From Peptococcaceae bacterium (GTDB taxonomy: Bacteria > Bacillota > UBA994), in the NCBI GenBank assembly GCA_018334055.1, contig JAGXSS010000108.1:834-64833 (forward strand): 64,000 nucleotides of DNA, written 5' to 3'. The position numbers and the translations under genes are program-made. Numbering within the stretch: position 1 is the first letter of the stretch; every line of letters starts with the position of its first letter. The notes beneath the pieces are model-generated. The model had not been told where the DNA came from and made no database searches. It saw nothing but the letters and a program-made list of their open reading frames with translations. Positions 18,822-28,759 of this stretch are shown here, in pieces.

Positions 18822-19524
18822 GCGTCGTCGTGCTGAGGCAGTTGCCGCTCCGGCCAGTTGGCTCACCACCTATGCGGACTTGGTGACCTTGCTCCTTTGT
18901 TTCTTTGTGTTGTTGTATAGTTTTTCGACCTTGGATGCCCAAAAATTTCGCCGCTTTGTGCTTTCTTTTCAGGGACAGGGTGTGCTTGATGGCGGCACCG
19001 TGCCCGACACTGAAATTCCTGTGCCAAGGGAAGAGGTAGAGGATGTATCTACCGATGAAACTGGTGCTTTTTGGGCCAGTAGCGGGCAGTTGATGATTCA
19101 TGTGCAGGCCTTTCTTGCCGCCCATGGCATCGAGGCCCAAGTGCAAGTCTATCTTGAGGAACAGGGAGTGCTGCTTGAGCTTAAGGATCATCTTCTTTTT
19201 GATTCCGCCCGTGCCGATTTGCGTCCCGAAGGCATGGGTCTCCTCAATACGCTGAGCACCTTGCTCGGGCAATTTCCGAACGATGTCGGCATTCAGGGAC
19301 ACACCGACAATGTTCCCATCAGAACCGTAGAATTTCCTACTAATTGGGAACTGTCCACCGCTCGGGCAGCCCGAGTGGTGCGCTACTTTACCGAAGTCCG
19401 CGGCCTTGATCCGCGGCGCTTTGCCGCCACCGGACACGGCGAATTTCGGCCGTTAGAAAGCAACGCCACCGCCGAGGGTCGTGCCAAGAACCGGCGCGTA
19501 ATATTTCTATTAAAAGGATTTTAG
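18814..19524 (+). CDS. motB: Flagellar motor stator protein MotB
   Basis: N-terminal TM segment (WLTTYADLVTLLLCFFVLLYSFS). C-terminal OmpA-like domain (GHTDNVPI...NRRV). Confidence 0.9.
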   Translation: MTRRRRAEAVAAPASWLTTYADLVTLLLCFFVLLYSFSTLDAQKFRRFVLSFQGQGVLDGGTVPDTEIPVPREEVEDVSTDETGAFWASSGQLMIHVQAFLAAHGIEAQVQVYLEEQGVLLELKDHLLFDSARADLRPEGMGLLNTLSTLLGQFPNDVGIQGHTDNVPIRTVEFPTNWELSTARAARVVRYFTEVRGLDPRRFAATGHGEFRPLESNATAEGRAKNRRVIFLLKGF

Positions 19525-19534
19525 TGAGGTAAAT

Positions 19535-19951
19535 ATGCTGAAGAAAATTATTATTGGGGTAATAGTTGTCGTTTTGCTGGTGGTAGCGGTCTTATTTGGA
19601 GGTCCCGTCTTTACTATGGTCCGGCAAATGGTCAGCCCTCCGCCCAAATTGGTGGCGAGTCCTTCCTGGGATTTTACCGTCAACTTGGTCGACCCGGGCA
19701 TGCGCCGCGTCTTGCGCATGAGCATGACTTTTAAGTACTATACCAACAACAAGCTGGCCGCAGAATTGAGAGATAAGAACGCGCAAGTCCGTCACACAGT
19801 CATCACGGTTCTACGCTCCCGTAGCGCCATGGACCTACTCGAGGAGGGTAGCAGTGCCAAGTTGCAGGCAGATCTTGTAGCAGAGCTTAATGCTATACTT
19901 GAGCAGGGGGATATCGAGCGCATTTATTTCACAGATTTTGTGATTCAGTAG
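19535..19951 (+). CDS. fliL: Flagellar basal body-associated protein FliL
   Basis: Single N-terminal TM segment followed by a periplasmic domain. Follows motB. Confidence 0.7.
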   Translation: MLKKIIIGVIVVVLLVVAVLFGGPVFTMVRQMVSPPPKLVASPSWDFTVNLVDPGMRRVLRMSMTFKYYTNNKLAAELRDKNAQVRHTVITVLRSRSAMDLLEEGSSAKLQADLVAELNAILEQGDIERIYFTDFVIQ

Positions 19952-19961
19952 GGGGATTATC

Positions 19962-20324
19962 TTGCCGGAAGGAAACTGGTTTGATGCGCTGCCGCGCATA
20001 CTCTTTTCAATCGCTGCTGTCTTTGCCCTCTTGTTTTGGTTGCGCTACCTCTTACTGCGAAGTAATGGACAGCGAAGGCCACAGAACAAGTCTTTGCTCC
20101 GTGTGCGTGAGCAACTGCATTTGAGCCCGCGCTCGCGCATTTTGCTCCTTGAGGTAGCTGGAAGGGCTTACCTCGTGGCCATGAGCGACCAGGCAGTCAG
20201 TATGAAGGAAGTTCCGAACTTAACCGCGCTACCAGTGCTCTCTGATGAGGAATCGCCACCCATACCGTTTGCCAAAGAGCTGCATGACATGATGAGGTTT
20301 CTCAGACAGGGGGGCAAGGTATAG
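19962..20324 (+). CDS. fliO: Flagellar biosynthesis protein FliO/FliZ
   Basis: Small single-TM protein directly upstream of fliP. TTG start after GGGGGA. Confidence 0.65.
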   Translation: MPEGNWFDALPRILFSIAAVFALLFWLRYLLLRSNGQRRPQNKSLLRVREQLHLSPRSRILLLEVAGRAYLVAMSDQAVSMKEVPNLTALPVLSDEESPPIPFAKELHDMMRFLRQGGKV

Positions 20325-21001
20325 TGCTGCCGATCCCTCTTTTTGATTTGACTGTGCGCACCCCGGGATCTCCGGTGGAGGTGGTCGAAAGCATCCGTCT
20401 CTTGGTGCTACTCACTGTTCTTAGTCTCGCCCCGGCTATCCTGATGATGGTCACCTCATTTGTGCGCACGGTGATTGTTTTGTCATTTGTACGCACCGCA
20501 GTGGCGGCGCAGAATGTGCCCCCCAATCAGGTCATCATCGGCCTCGCTTTGTTTATTACTCTCTTTACAATGGCGCCAACCTTTACACGGGTGAATGAGG
20601 ATGCTCTGACCCCCTTTTTCGAGGGCAACATAAATCAAGAGGTTGCGCTGGAGCGGGCTTCAGTGCCGCTCAGGGAGTTTATGCTGCGGCACACGCGCGA
20701 GGCTGACCTGGCTCTATTTTTAGCTGTTACTGATAGCCCCCCGCCGGCTACCCCTGCCGATGTCAGCCTCACCGTCCTCATTCCCGCATTTATGATTAGC
20801 GAGCTAAAAACTGCCTTTCAAATGGGCGTTGTCCTTTTCATACCCTTCATGGTCATCGACATGGTGGTGGCCAGTACCCTCCTTTCGATGGGCATGTTCA
20901 TGCTACCTCCGGTGACCATCTCCTTGCCGTTTAAGTTATTGCTTTTTGTTTTGGCGGATGGATGGCATCTCGTTGTGAAGTCGCTAATAGAGAGTTTCTG
21001 A
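20324..21001 (+). CDS. fliP: Flagellar export apparatus protein FliP
   Basis: Polytopic membrane protein with conserved FliP segments (ILMMVTSFVRTVIVLSFVR, PAFMISELKTAFQMG). Confidence 0.9.
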   Translation: MLPIPLFDLTVRTPGSPVEVVESIRLLVLLTVLSLAPAILMMVTSFVRTVIVLSFVRTAVAAQNVPPNQVIIGLALFITLFTMAPTFTRVNEDALTPFFEGNINQEVALERASVPLREFMLRHTREADLALFLAVTDSPPPATPADVSLTVLIPAFMISELKTAFQMGVVLFIPFMVIDMVVASTLLSMGMFMLPPVTISLPFKLLLFVLADGWHLVVKSLIESF

Positions 21002-21014
21002 TAGGAGGGAGCAT

Positions 21015-21284
21015 ATGACCGAGGGTACAGTCTTGCACTTAGCGCGAGAGGCGATTATTTTAGTGCTGCTTCTATCCGGCCCTATGTTGATAGCGAGCCT
21101 GGCGGTGGGTCTATTGGTGTCTATTTTTCAGGCGGCCACGCAAATTCAAGAGCAAACACTCACCTTTGTGCCGAAATTAGTTGCCATGTTGCTCACCATG
21201 CTTTTTCTCGGCAATTGGATGATGAACACCATGCTTTCATATACGATCGACTTATTTTCAACCCTCGGGCAGATGGTGCGATGA
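21015..21284 (+). CDS. fliQ: Flagellar export apparatus protein FliQ
   Basis: 89 aa with two TM segments. QIQEQTLTFVPKL motif. Confidence 0.9.
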   Translation: MTEGTVLHLAREAIILVLLLSGPMLIASLAVGLLVSIFQAATQIQEQTLTFVPKLVAMLLTMLFLGNWMMNTMLSYTIDLFSTLGQMVR

Positions 21285-22045
21285 ACGACTCCTTTGCTTT
21301 ATGGTTGACCTTTTTGTTGGTTCTCGGGCGCATCTTTTCGCTCCTGGTGACGGCACCTTTGTTTAGCCGCCGCGACATACCGATGCAGAGCAAGGTCGGA
21401 CTGGGCATGTTCCTCAGCCTTATAATAATGGCTCGAGGTCAGTCTGCTTTCATCGGAGGAACAGCGGAATTCCTACAGGCCTTGGTTGCCGAAGTAATGG
21501 GGGGGCTGGTCATTGGCATCTTGGCCTCATGGCTCTTGGCGAGTTTTAGTATGGGGGGGCAACTGATGGACCAGCAGGCCGGCTTCGGTACCGCCTCCGT
21601 ACTTGACCCCGGCACGGCAACAACGGTTACCTTGCTCGGTAATTTGCTTCTTTTCATTGGGTTATTGCTTTTTTTAGAACTTAATGGCCACCACTTGATA
21701 ATTTTAGGCCTAGTGCGCAGTTTTGCGCTTGTACCGGTTGGGGGTTTGTCCCTGCCTTTAACTGTCACGGAATGGGCGGTTCGGGCACTGCTCTTAGCAA
21801 CAGTCCTGGCACTACGCCTGGCCATGCCGATTTTGGCGGTGATAATTATTACCGATTTGTCCTTGGGAATGATTGGACGGGCCGTGCCCCAACTCAATGT
21901 ACTGATGTTGGGGTTGCCTCTTAAAGCTGGCATTGCTTTGTTGATCTTAGGTGTCCTTTCGCCACTCTTCCTTGATGTGGGGCACAGCCTTGTGTCGCAT
22001 ATTGAGGCTCTTGTGGGTGCGGCTTTGGAGGGTCTAAGGCCATGA
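21281..22045 (+). CDS. fliR: Flagellar export apparatus protein FliR
   Basis: Polytopic membrane protein. The ATG at 21281 overlaps the fliQ stop as ATGA. The ORF 21215 start is an over-extension. Confidence 0.85.
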   Translation: MNDSFALWLTFLLVLGRIFSLLVTAPLFSRRDIPMQSKVGLGMFLSLIIMARGQSAFIGGTAEFLQALVAEVMGGLVIGILASWLLASFSMGGQLMDQQAGFGTASVLDPGTATTVTLLGNLLLFIGLLLFLELNGHHLIILGLVRSFALVPVGGLSLPLTVTEWAVRALLLATVLALRLAMPILAVIIITDLSLGMIGRAVPQLNVLMLGLPLKAGIALLILGVLSPLFLDVGHSLVSHIEALVGAALEGLRP

Positions 22046-23106
22046 GTCAGCAGGGAGCCGAAGAGCGCTCTGAACAAGCGACGCCCAAGCGCTTAAGCGA
22101 GGCGCGCGATAAAGGTCAGGTTGCCAAGAGTATGGACCTCATCAGTGCCGTGGGTTTTTTTGGCGTCATGGTGGCTTTCGCCACCACCGCCGGGAGATTT
22201 ATCACTTATGCCCTGACCTACCTGATACGCTCTTTATCTACTTTTGCGCAGCACACTGCGCGAGATGCAGGATTTGGTCATCTGTTTGGCGAAGCAGTAG
22301 CGAGTTACATCTTCATGGTTTGGCCGGCGCTGCTTGGAGCACTGGTCATCGGCGTTGTGGCTAATGTTCTGCAATCAGGCTTCATTTGGAGCCTAGACCC
22401 GATTAAGCCTGAACTAAATCGTCTCAATCCCATCGATGGTCTAGGGCGCATGTTTTCTACTAGGGCACTTTTTGACCTGCTGAAGGCGATGCTGAAGATG
22501 GCCCTCGTGGGCTATGCGGTTTTTTCTGGGGTGCAAGCGGAGTTAGGACGATTATTGCAGTCTGGGTTTGCCGAAGGGATGTCTTCTCTTGTTTTAGTGG
22601 GAAGGGTGCTCTGGGTGCTGGCTCTTAGGGTCAGCTTAGTTTACGTACTTATTGGCATCGTGGACTTCTTGTACCAACGCTATGAGCACAAAAAAAATCT
22701 AATGATGAGCAGGCAAGAGGTCAAGGAAGAGCACAAACAAATGGAAGGCGATCCGCAAATTAGAGCAAAACAGCGCGAGCGAGCCCGCCTTCTCGCTACT
22801 CGCCGCATGTTTAGCGCCATACCAGAGGCTACGGTGGTCATTACCAATCCCACGCATTACGCCATCGCGCTCAAGTATGAAGAAAACAGCGGCGGTGCTC
22901 CGACCGTGGTCGCTAAGGGTAGCGACTATTTGGCGCAAAGAATTATCGCCAAAGCTAAAGAAGCAGGCGTTCCCATTGTGCAACAACCGGAAGTGGCGCG
23001 GGCGCTGTACCGCCAAGTTGAACTTGGCCGTGAAATTCCGTTAGAACTGTATCGCTTGGTGGCGGAAGTGCTCGCCGTGGTACTTAGCCGAGGAGGTGGA
23101 TTGTGA
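22042..23106 (+). CDS. flhB: Flagellar export apparatus protein FlhB
   Basis: Autocleavage-site context NPTHYAIAL (NPTH motif). 354 aa. Confidence 0.9.
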   Translation: MSQQGAEERSEQATPKRLSEARDKGQVAKSMDLISAVGFFGVMVAFATTAGRFITYALTYLIRSLSTFAQHTARDAGFGHLFGEAVASYIFMVWPALLGALVIGVVANVLQSGFIWSLDPIKPELNRLNPIDGLGRMFSTRALFDLLKAMLKMALVGYAVFSGVQAELGRLLQSGFAEGMSSLVLVGRVLWVLALRVSLVYVLIGIVDFLYQRYEHKKNLMMSRQEVKEEHKQMEGDPQIRAKQRERARLLATRRMFSAIPEATVVITNPTHYAIALKYEENSGGAPTVVAKGSDYLAQRIIAKAKEAGVPIVQQPEVARALYRQVELGREIPLELYRLVAEVLAVVLSRGGGL

Positions 23107-25148
23107 TGCTGCAGGCCGTGCTAAAAAACACCGACATCTTAGTAGCTTCACTGGTCATCGGCATTGTCATGATTATTATCATCCCCCTGGCACCCTGGGC
23201 CCTAGACTTACTGCTCATCATCAATATCGCTATCAGCCTTATTGTCTTCCTGACCACATTTTTTACTACCAACATTCTCCAATTGAGTGTTTTCCCCACA
23301 TTGCTCCTCGTTACTACCTTGCTCCGCTTGTCGCTTAATATTTCATCTACCCGCCTGATATTATCCGCTGGGCAGGCTGGTGAGGTCATAAGCGCTTTTG
23401 GCTCCTTTGTCATTGGCGGCAACTATGTGGTCGGCTTGGTAATATTCATTATCATTACGGTCATTCAGTTTGTGGTCATTACCAATGGTGCGGGGCGTGT
23501 GGCTGAGGTCGCGGCCCGCTTTACGCTCGATGCCATGCCCGGCAAGCAGATGGCGGTGGATGCCGATCTCAATGCCGGTCTTATTAATGACGTGCAGGCA
23601 CGGACTAGGCGACGAGATTTGCAACGGGAATCTGACTTCTACGGAGCTATGGATGGTGCGAGTAAGTTTGTCAAGGGGGATGCTATTGCCGGCATCGTGA
23701 TTACCCTCATCAATATTTTCGGTGGCTTGATTATTGGCATGCTCCAACTTGGTATGTCGATGCAAGAAGCCGCAACGGTGTATGTCATGTTGACGGTGGG
23801 AGACGGCTTGGTCAGCCAGCTACCCGCCCTGCTGATTTCGTCGGCGACGGGCATTTTAGTGACCCGCGCCAACACTGACCATAGTTTTGGCACCGAGCTG
23901 ACTGCGCAACTCTTTTCCATGCCGCGGGTCTTGGGGATGGTAGCGATCCTCCTTGCGGCCATTGGGCTGGTCCCTCAATTGCCGGCGATGCCTTTTCTCG
24001 CCGTCGCCGGGGCTCTCGGCTATGCGGCCTATGTCTTATACCAAGAAAGAAAAGAGAAGGAGTTGGCCGTAAGTGCCGCAGTTTCTCAAGCTGCACCCAA
24101 GGCAAGCGAACCCGAGAACGTATTGAATTACGTCTCGAATGAGCAACTTGAGGTGGAGATTGGCTTCGGTTTGGTGAAACTCACGGACGGCAGCAAGGGC
24201 GGGGATTTGCTGGAAAGATTAGCTGCCCTACGACGTCGCATCATGGCGGAACAAGGGCTTTTCATCAGGCCGGTGCGAATTAGGGATAATTTACAGCTTA
24301 AGCCGAACCAATACGTATTTCGAGTGAGAGGAAATCAGGTGGCTGAAGGCGAACTTCTCCCTAACCAGTACTTGGCGATGGACTATGCCGGCGGCAAGGT
24401 GGACCTGCCCGGGACAGATACTCTTGAGCCTACTTTTGGCCTCTCCGCACGCTGGATTCAAGGCAATGACAGAGAGAGAGCCGAAATTTTGGGTTATACC
24501 GTGGTCGATTGCGCTACGGTCTTAATCACGCACTTAGGCGAAATTGTCCGTCGTCATGCCCATGAACTTCTCGGCCGACAGGAAGTCAAAGAGCTCATAG
24601 ATAAGGTTAAGGAACAGCACCCGGCAGTCATTGAAGAGCTCTCCGCAGAGCATGTTTCGATTGGGGAACTCCAGAAAGTATTGCAAGGCCTGTTGCAGGA
24701 GGGAGTGCCTGTCCGGGATCTAGTGACCATCCTCGAGGCTGTAGCTGATAACATCAGGGCATCAAGGGATAGCGATTTTCTTCTGGAGAAGGCTCGTCAA
24801 GCCCTCAGCAGGACTATTAGTCAAGGCATTGCGGAGCAGGGGACAATATTCGCGGTGACATTGCATCCGCGGACTGAACAGAACATGCTAGAGTCTGTCA
24901 CCAATAGCGGCAACGGACATATACTGCTCGAACCGGCTAAACTGCACCTGTTTTTTGACCGCCTCGGCAAGCAGGGAGAAAGACTGCAGAATCAAGGCCG
25001 TCAACCGGTGGTGCTGTGCCCTTCGCGTTTGCGTCTGCCGCTCCGTCGCCTCACCATGCGGCACTTCCCACAGTATGTCTTTATCTCCCCAAGCGAGGTC
25101 GCAGCAGGAACTAGCATAGAAACTTTGGGTGTGGTAGGTGCAGAATGA
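23103..25148 (+). CDS. flhA: Flagellar export apparatus protein FlhA
   Basis: 681 aa. TM domain followed by the conserved cytoplasmic FlhA domain (FVKGDAIAGI...). Confidence 0.95.
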   Translation: MMLQAVLKNTDILVASLVIGIVMIIIIPLAPWALDLLLIINIAISLIVFLTTFFTTNILQLSVFPTLLLVTTLLRLSLNISSTRLILSAGQAGEVISAFGSFVIGGNYVVGLVIFIIITVIQFVVITNGAGRVAEVAARFTLDAMPGKQMAVDADLNAGLINDVQARTRRRDLQRESDFYGAMDGASKFVKGDAIAGIVITLINIFGGLIIGMLQLGMSMQEAATVYVMLTVGDGLVSQLPALLISSATGILVTRANTDHSFGTELTAQLFSMPRVLGMVAILLAAIGLVPQLPAMPFLAVAGALGYAAYVLYQERKEKELAVSAAVSQAAPKASEPENVLNYVSNEQLEVEIGFGLVKLTDGSKGGDLLERLAALRRRIMAEQGLFIRPVRIRDNLQLKPNQYVFRVRGNQVAEGELLPNQYLAMDYAGGKVDLPGTDTLEPTFGLSARWIQGNDRERAEILGYTVVDCATVLITHLGEIVRRHAHELLGRQEVKELIDKVKEQHPAVIEELSAEHVSIGELQKVLQGLLQEGVPVRDLVTILEAVADNIRASRDSDFLLEKARQALSRTISQGIAEQGTIFAVTLHPRTEQNMLESVTNSGNGHILLEPAKLHLFFDRLGKQGERLQNQGRQPVVLCPSRLRLPLRRLTMRHFPQYVFISPSEVAAGTSIETLGVVGAE

Positions 25149-26182
25149 GAATCAAGAAGGTTGTGGCCAAGGACATGCAGATCGCACTGCATCTCTTGCG
25201 CAAAGAGTTGGGCCCCGATGCGGTGATTGTAAGCTCGCGGCCCATCCGGGAACCAGGCTTTTTCGGCTTGTTCAAGCAACCGCGAGTTGAAGTGACCGCG
25301 GCCGCAGAGCGCCTTCCCGAAAAAGAAATATCAGATGAGTTCCTGAAGAGCGAGCTATTAGAAATTAGGGCACTGCTTAACCAAATCAGTGCCACGGAGC
25401 TGAAGAGTTCTCTCAAAGGCGGGCTTACTGCCAAGTGGGCGGAGCGTTTTCGCATGGCCGAACTTAGTCCGGATATAGTCTCGAGGTTGAGTGAGCACCT
25501 CGGGCCCGGCTCGGGTGGTAAAAATGATGAAGAAACTAGGGTTCTAGAACATATAGCCAAGTATTTTGCGTTGCCTAAGCCTAAGGGTCGAGGCAAGCGC
25601 GTCTCAGTCTTTGTGGGCCCTACGGGTGTCGGCAAGACCACCACCATCGCCAAGTTAGCGGCGCGCCGTGCCCTACTGGACAAAAAACGCGTGGCGCTTA
25701 TCACCATCGATACATTTCGCATCGGAGCGGTGGAACAATTAAAAATCTACGGCGATATCATTGGCGTACCGGTAGAGGTAGTGACCTCGCCAAATGAATT
25801 TCGGGCCGCTTTGCAGCGACACAAAAATCGGGATGAGGTATTTGTAGACACCACCGGGCGGTCGGCCAAGAAACTGGTTCAGGTGGCAGAGCTTAAGGCC
25901 TATTTTGAGGGTATGCCGGAACTGGACATGTACTTGGTGGTGAGTGCCACGACCAAGAGCCGTGACCTCCTGGCGATATATCGCGCTTTTTGTGACCTTG
26001 GACTGTATGCGGCGATTATCACCAAGTGTGATGAGACCGAGAATCTCGGTGGGGTGGTTGATCTCTGTGCTCGCACCTCCATTCCGCTCGCATACCTTGC
26101 CAACGGACAGAATGTGCCGGAGGATATCCTCGTCGTCGAGCCAAGGGAACTGGCGAAATTGGTGTTAGGGGTGAGAGAATAG
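25145..26182 (+). CDS. flhF: Flagellar biosynthesis GTPase FlhF (SRP-type)
   Basis: P-loop GPTGVGKTTT, DTTGR and TKCDE motifs typical of SRP-family GTPases. Confidence 0.85.
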   Translation: MRIKKVVAKDMQIALHLLRKELGPDAVIVSSRPIREPGFFGLFKQPRVEVTAAAERLPEKEISDEFLKSELLEIRALLNQISATELKSSLKGGLTAKWAERFRMAELSPDIVSRLSEHLGPGSGGKNDEETRVLEHIAKYFALPKPKGRGKRVSVFVGPTGVGKTTTIAKLAARRALLDKKRVALITIDTFRIGAVEQLKIYGDIIGVPVEVVTSPNEFRAALQRHKNRDEVFVDTTGRSAKKLVQVAELKAYFEGMPELDMYLVVSATTKSRDLLAIYRAFCDLGLYAAIITKCDETENLGGVVDLCARTSIPLAYLANGQNVPEDILVVEPRELAKLVLGVRE

Positions 26183-27039
26183 TGGGGGATCAAGCCCAGC
26201 TTCTACGCAGGTTGGTGGACAAAGACAGAGGAGCGCGTCGCGCCAAAGTTATTACCGTGGCTAGCGGTAAAGGCGGAGTAGGAAAGACCAATATTGTGGT
26301 CAACCTCGGTATCGTGCTGGCTGGCCTTGGCCAGGTGACAACCATCGTGGACGCCGATTTGGGGTTAGCCAATGTTGATGTCGTGCTCGGACAGTACTTT
26401 CGGTACGATCTTGAGCATGTCTTCAAGGGCGAAAAGACTCTTGAAGAGGTTATTGGGCTCGGCCCGCATGGACTGCGCATTGTTCCCTCTGCCTCGGGAG
26501 TGCCTCAGATGGCCAACATGGAGAACAAGCAGCGCAACCTGCTCATTGCGGAACTAGCCAAGTTAGAACATACCACGGACTTTCTCCTGATCGATACCGG
26601 TGCGGGCATTTCGCGCAATGTCGTATCGTTTGCCAATTTGGCCGACGAAGTAATTATTGTTGTCACCCCGGAGCCTACTTCGCTCGCCGATGCCTATGGG
26701 CTAGTCAAGATCTTGGTCAAAGGGAAGGCGGTGCGTAAAATTGCGCTCATCGTCAACCGAGCCCAGGGCATTCAGGAGGGGAAGCTTACCGGGGAACGAT
26801 TCCTTGCGTTGACGGAGCGTTTTTTGAATTTCAAGATGCGCTTTCTCGGATATATTCTCGACGACGCCGTGGTCGGTCAGGCGGTCCGCAAACAGCAACC
26901 TTTTGTGCAAAGCTACCCAGAATCTTGGCCCAGCCGTCAGCTCGAGAGGATTGCCAAGGAAATGCTTGGGCAGTCCGCTGAAGCCTTGCCGGAGCGAGGG
27001 CTACTGAGCGGGTTGTTGAGATTGTTTGGAGGCCGCTAG
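26182..27039 (+). CDS. flhG: MinD-like ATPase FlhG/YlxH
   Basis: Deviant Walker A SGKGGVGKT. Lies downstream of flhF. Confidence 0.85.
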   Translation: MGDQAQLLRRLVDKDRGARRAKVITVASGKGGVGKTNIVVNLGIVLAGLGQVTTIVDADLGLANVDVVLGQYFRYDLEHVFKGEKTLEEVIGLGPHGLRIVPSASGVPQMANMENKQRNLLIAELAKLEHTTDFLLIDTGAGISRNVVSFANLADEVIIVVTPEPTSLADAYGLVKILVKGKAVRKIALIVNRAQGIQEGKLTGERFLALTERFLNFKMRFLGYILDDAVVGQAVRKQQPFVQSYPESWPSRQLERIAKEMLGQSAEALPERGLLSGLLRLFGGR

Positions 27040-27684
27040 ATGATAAAACCAGAGCTCTATATTGGTTTAAGATTAGAGATGACACGTGGGGACGACCTTA
27101 GCATCTACGTCACGCGCGTGGAGGACCTGTCTCGTCTGGAGTTTGCGGTGGGTGTGCCCTTTGGTGACCATGCCGTGGAGGTGTTCCACCCGGGAGACGA
27201 AGTGTTCTGTTCTTTTGGTGATAAGAATGCCCATGCCCTATGGGGTTTCGCTACGCGGGTCCTTCGCCGTGAAGTACAGGGGATACCACTTTATTATCTC
27301 TCTTTGCCGACGAACTTCAAGCGGGTCCAGCGTCGCAATTTTTTTAGGCTGCGGACTCTCGCCCAAGCTAAATTTCGCGTGATGGGCGATCTCCCATGGC
27401 ACTCAGCCTATGTCCTCGACATCAGTGCCGGTGGGGCGCGCCTCTCCCATCGTGATCCTTTGGCCTACCTCGATATGGTGGAGATCACTTTTGCTCTGCC
27501 CAAGACGGAACTTCATTTTATCCTGCAGGGACGAGTAGTACGGGTGGAGCGCGTTGATTCTCAGGGAGTTCATCTATTTCATAGCGGCATCGAGTTTATT
27601 AATTTGCCTATAGGCACCCAAGATCGTTTGGTGGGTTACGTCTTTGCGCGAGTTTCGGAAACAAAACGCACCAGAGGGGAATGA
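27040..27684 (+). CDS. PilZ-domain c-di-GMP-binding protein (YcgR-type flagellar brake-like)
   Basis: RRNFFR (RxxxR) and DISAGGARL (DxSxGG) motifs seen directly in the sequence. Has an N-terminal YcgR-like domain. Sits between flhG and fliA. Confidence 0.75.
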   Translation: MIKPELYIGLRLEMTRGDDLSIYVTRVEDLSRLEFAVGVPFGDHAVEVFHPGDEVFCSFGDKNAHALWGFATRVLRREVQGIPLYYLSLPTNFKRVQRRNFFRLRTLAQAKFRVMGDLPWHSAYVLDISAGGARLSHRDPLAYLDMVEITFALPKTELHFILQGRVVRVERVDSQGVHLFHSGIEFINLPIGTQDRLVGYVFARVSETKRTRGE

Positions 27685-28409
27685 CAGTGGCAAAGTGGGG
27701 TCCTACAGGTGCTGAACGAGAGCGGATGCTGCAATCTTTCTTGCCGCTAGTCGGCCGCATTGCCGCACGGATTTACATCCCGAACCCCGCGGTCATCGAC
27801 AAAGAAGATTTGATATCGCAAGGTGTTATTGGTTTACTAGAAGCCATCGAAAAATACAACCCCGAGCGAGATGTGAGTTTCGAATCCTTCGTCTATCGCC
27901 GCGTGCACGGCGCGATGATTGACTCCATCAGGGCGGTTAGTTTTAGCACGCGCACCGTCAATGACCGCGTTAAACAGTATCGGGTGGCAGAAGACAGGCT
28001 AATGGCCGCAGGGGAAAGCGTCACTGAGGAGAATGTAGCCAAGTTGATGGGCCTGTCACTGATGCAAGTGCGCGAAATTCTTGGGCATATTTTCTTACGG
28101 GCCGTTGTTTCCCTGGACAAGGTGCTATATTCTGATGATGGGGATGAGTGTGCCGCTTTAGAAGCCATCGGTTCCCATACCAGCCCCAACCCCGCACAAA
28201 TCCTTGAGGAAGCTGAACTACGGGCCGGGTTGGTCGCGGCCTTGGAAACGTTGGCACTGCGTGACAGACAGTTACTTAACATGTACTATGTTGAGGAGAT
28301 GACCTTAAAAGAAATTGCCGCCGTATTTGAGGTGACCGAAGGCAGGGTCTCGCAACTCCATGCGCGGGCACTACTGCGACTGAGAAATATTCTTCGACAG
28401 GGGGTGTAG
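27681..28409 (+). CDS. fliA: Flagellar sigma factor sigma-28 (FliA/SigD)
   Basis: Region 2 (LISQGVIGLLEAIEKYNPERDVSFESFVYRRVHGAMID) and region 4 (MTLKEIAAVFEVTEGRVSQLHARALLRLR) are both recognisable. Confidence 0.9.
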   Translation: MTVAKWGPTGAERERMLQSFLPLVGRIAARIYIPNPAVIDKEDLISQGVIGLLEAIEKYNPERDVSFESFVYRRVHGAMIDSIRAVSFSTRTVNDRVKQYRVAEDRLMAAGESVTEENVAKLMGLSLMQVREILGHIFLRAVVSLDKVLYSDDGDECAALEAIGSHTSPNPAQILEEAELRAGLVAALETLALRDRQLLNMYYVEEMTLKEIAAVFEVTEGRVSQLHARALLRLRNILRQGV

Positions 28410-28417
28410 GGACTGTC

Positions 28418-28759
28418 ATGATGTACTTTGTTCTTTTCTTTCTCGGCCTGGTGGTCGGCGTTTTGGGAACATATATCTACCTTAAGCTCAGTCATGAGGT
28501 CGCCGACCAACAGGGGCAGCGACTGGAAGCCCGACTGCAGTCCCTCGAAGAGCAGGTGTCCTTTTTGGCACTACAGTTTGAGGATGGACAAAAAGCAATG
28601 CCATTACCGCGCACCAGAAAGAAGACTGCGCCGAGCGACAACCATCAAAAGGCCTTGAGCCTGCTGGCGGACGGATCTGATCCGGGCACGGTGGCTCGCA
28701 CCATCAACATGCCCCTAGGGCAGGTTGAACTTCTAAACAAACTGTACAGGAAGGAATGA
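28418..28759 (+). CDS. Hypothetical single-pass membrane protein with a coiled coil and a C-terminal HTH-like segment
   Basis: 113 aa. N-terminal TM segment MMYFVLFFLGLVVGVLGTYIYL, then a coiled coil, then KALSLLADGSDPGTVARTINMPLGQVELLNKL, which resembles a sigma region-4/LuxR-type HTH. Occupies the swrB position after fliA. Confidence 0.4.
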   Translation: MMYFVLFFLGLVVGVLGTYIYLKLSHEVADQQGQRLEARLQSLEEQVSFLALQFEDGQKAMPLPRTRKKTAPSDNHQKALSLLADGSDPGTVARTINMPLGQVELLNKLYRKE

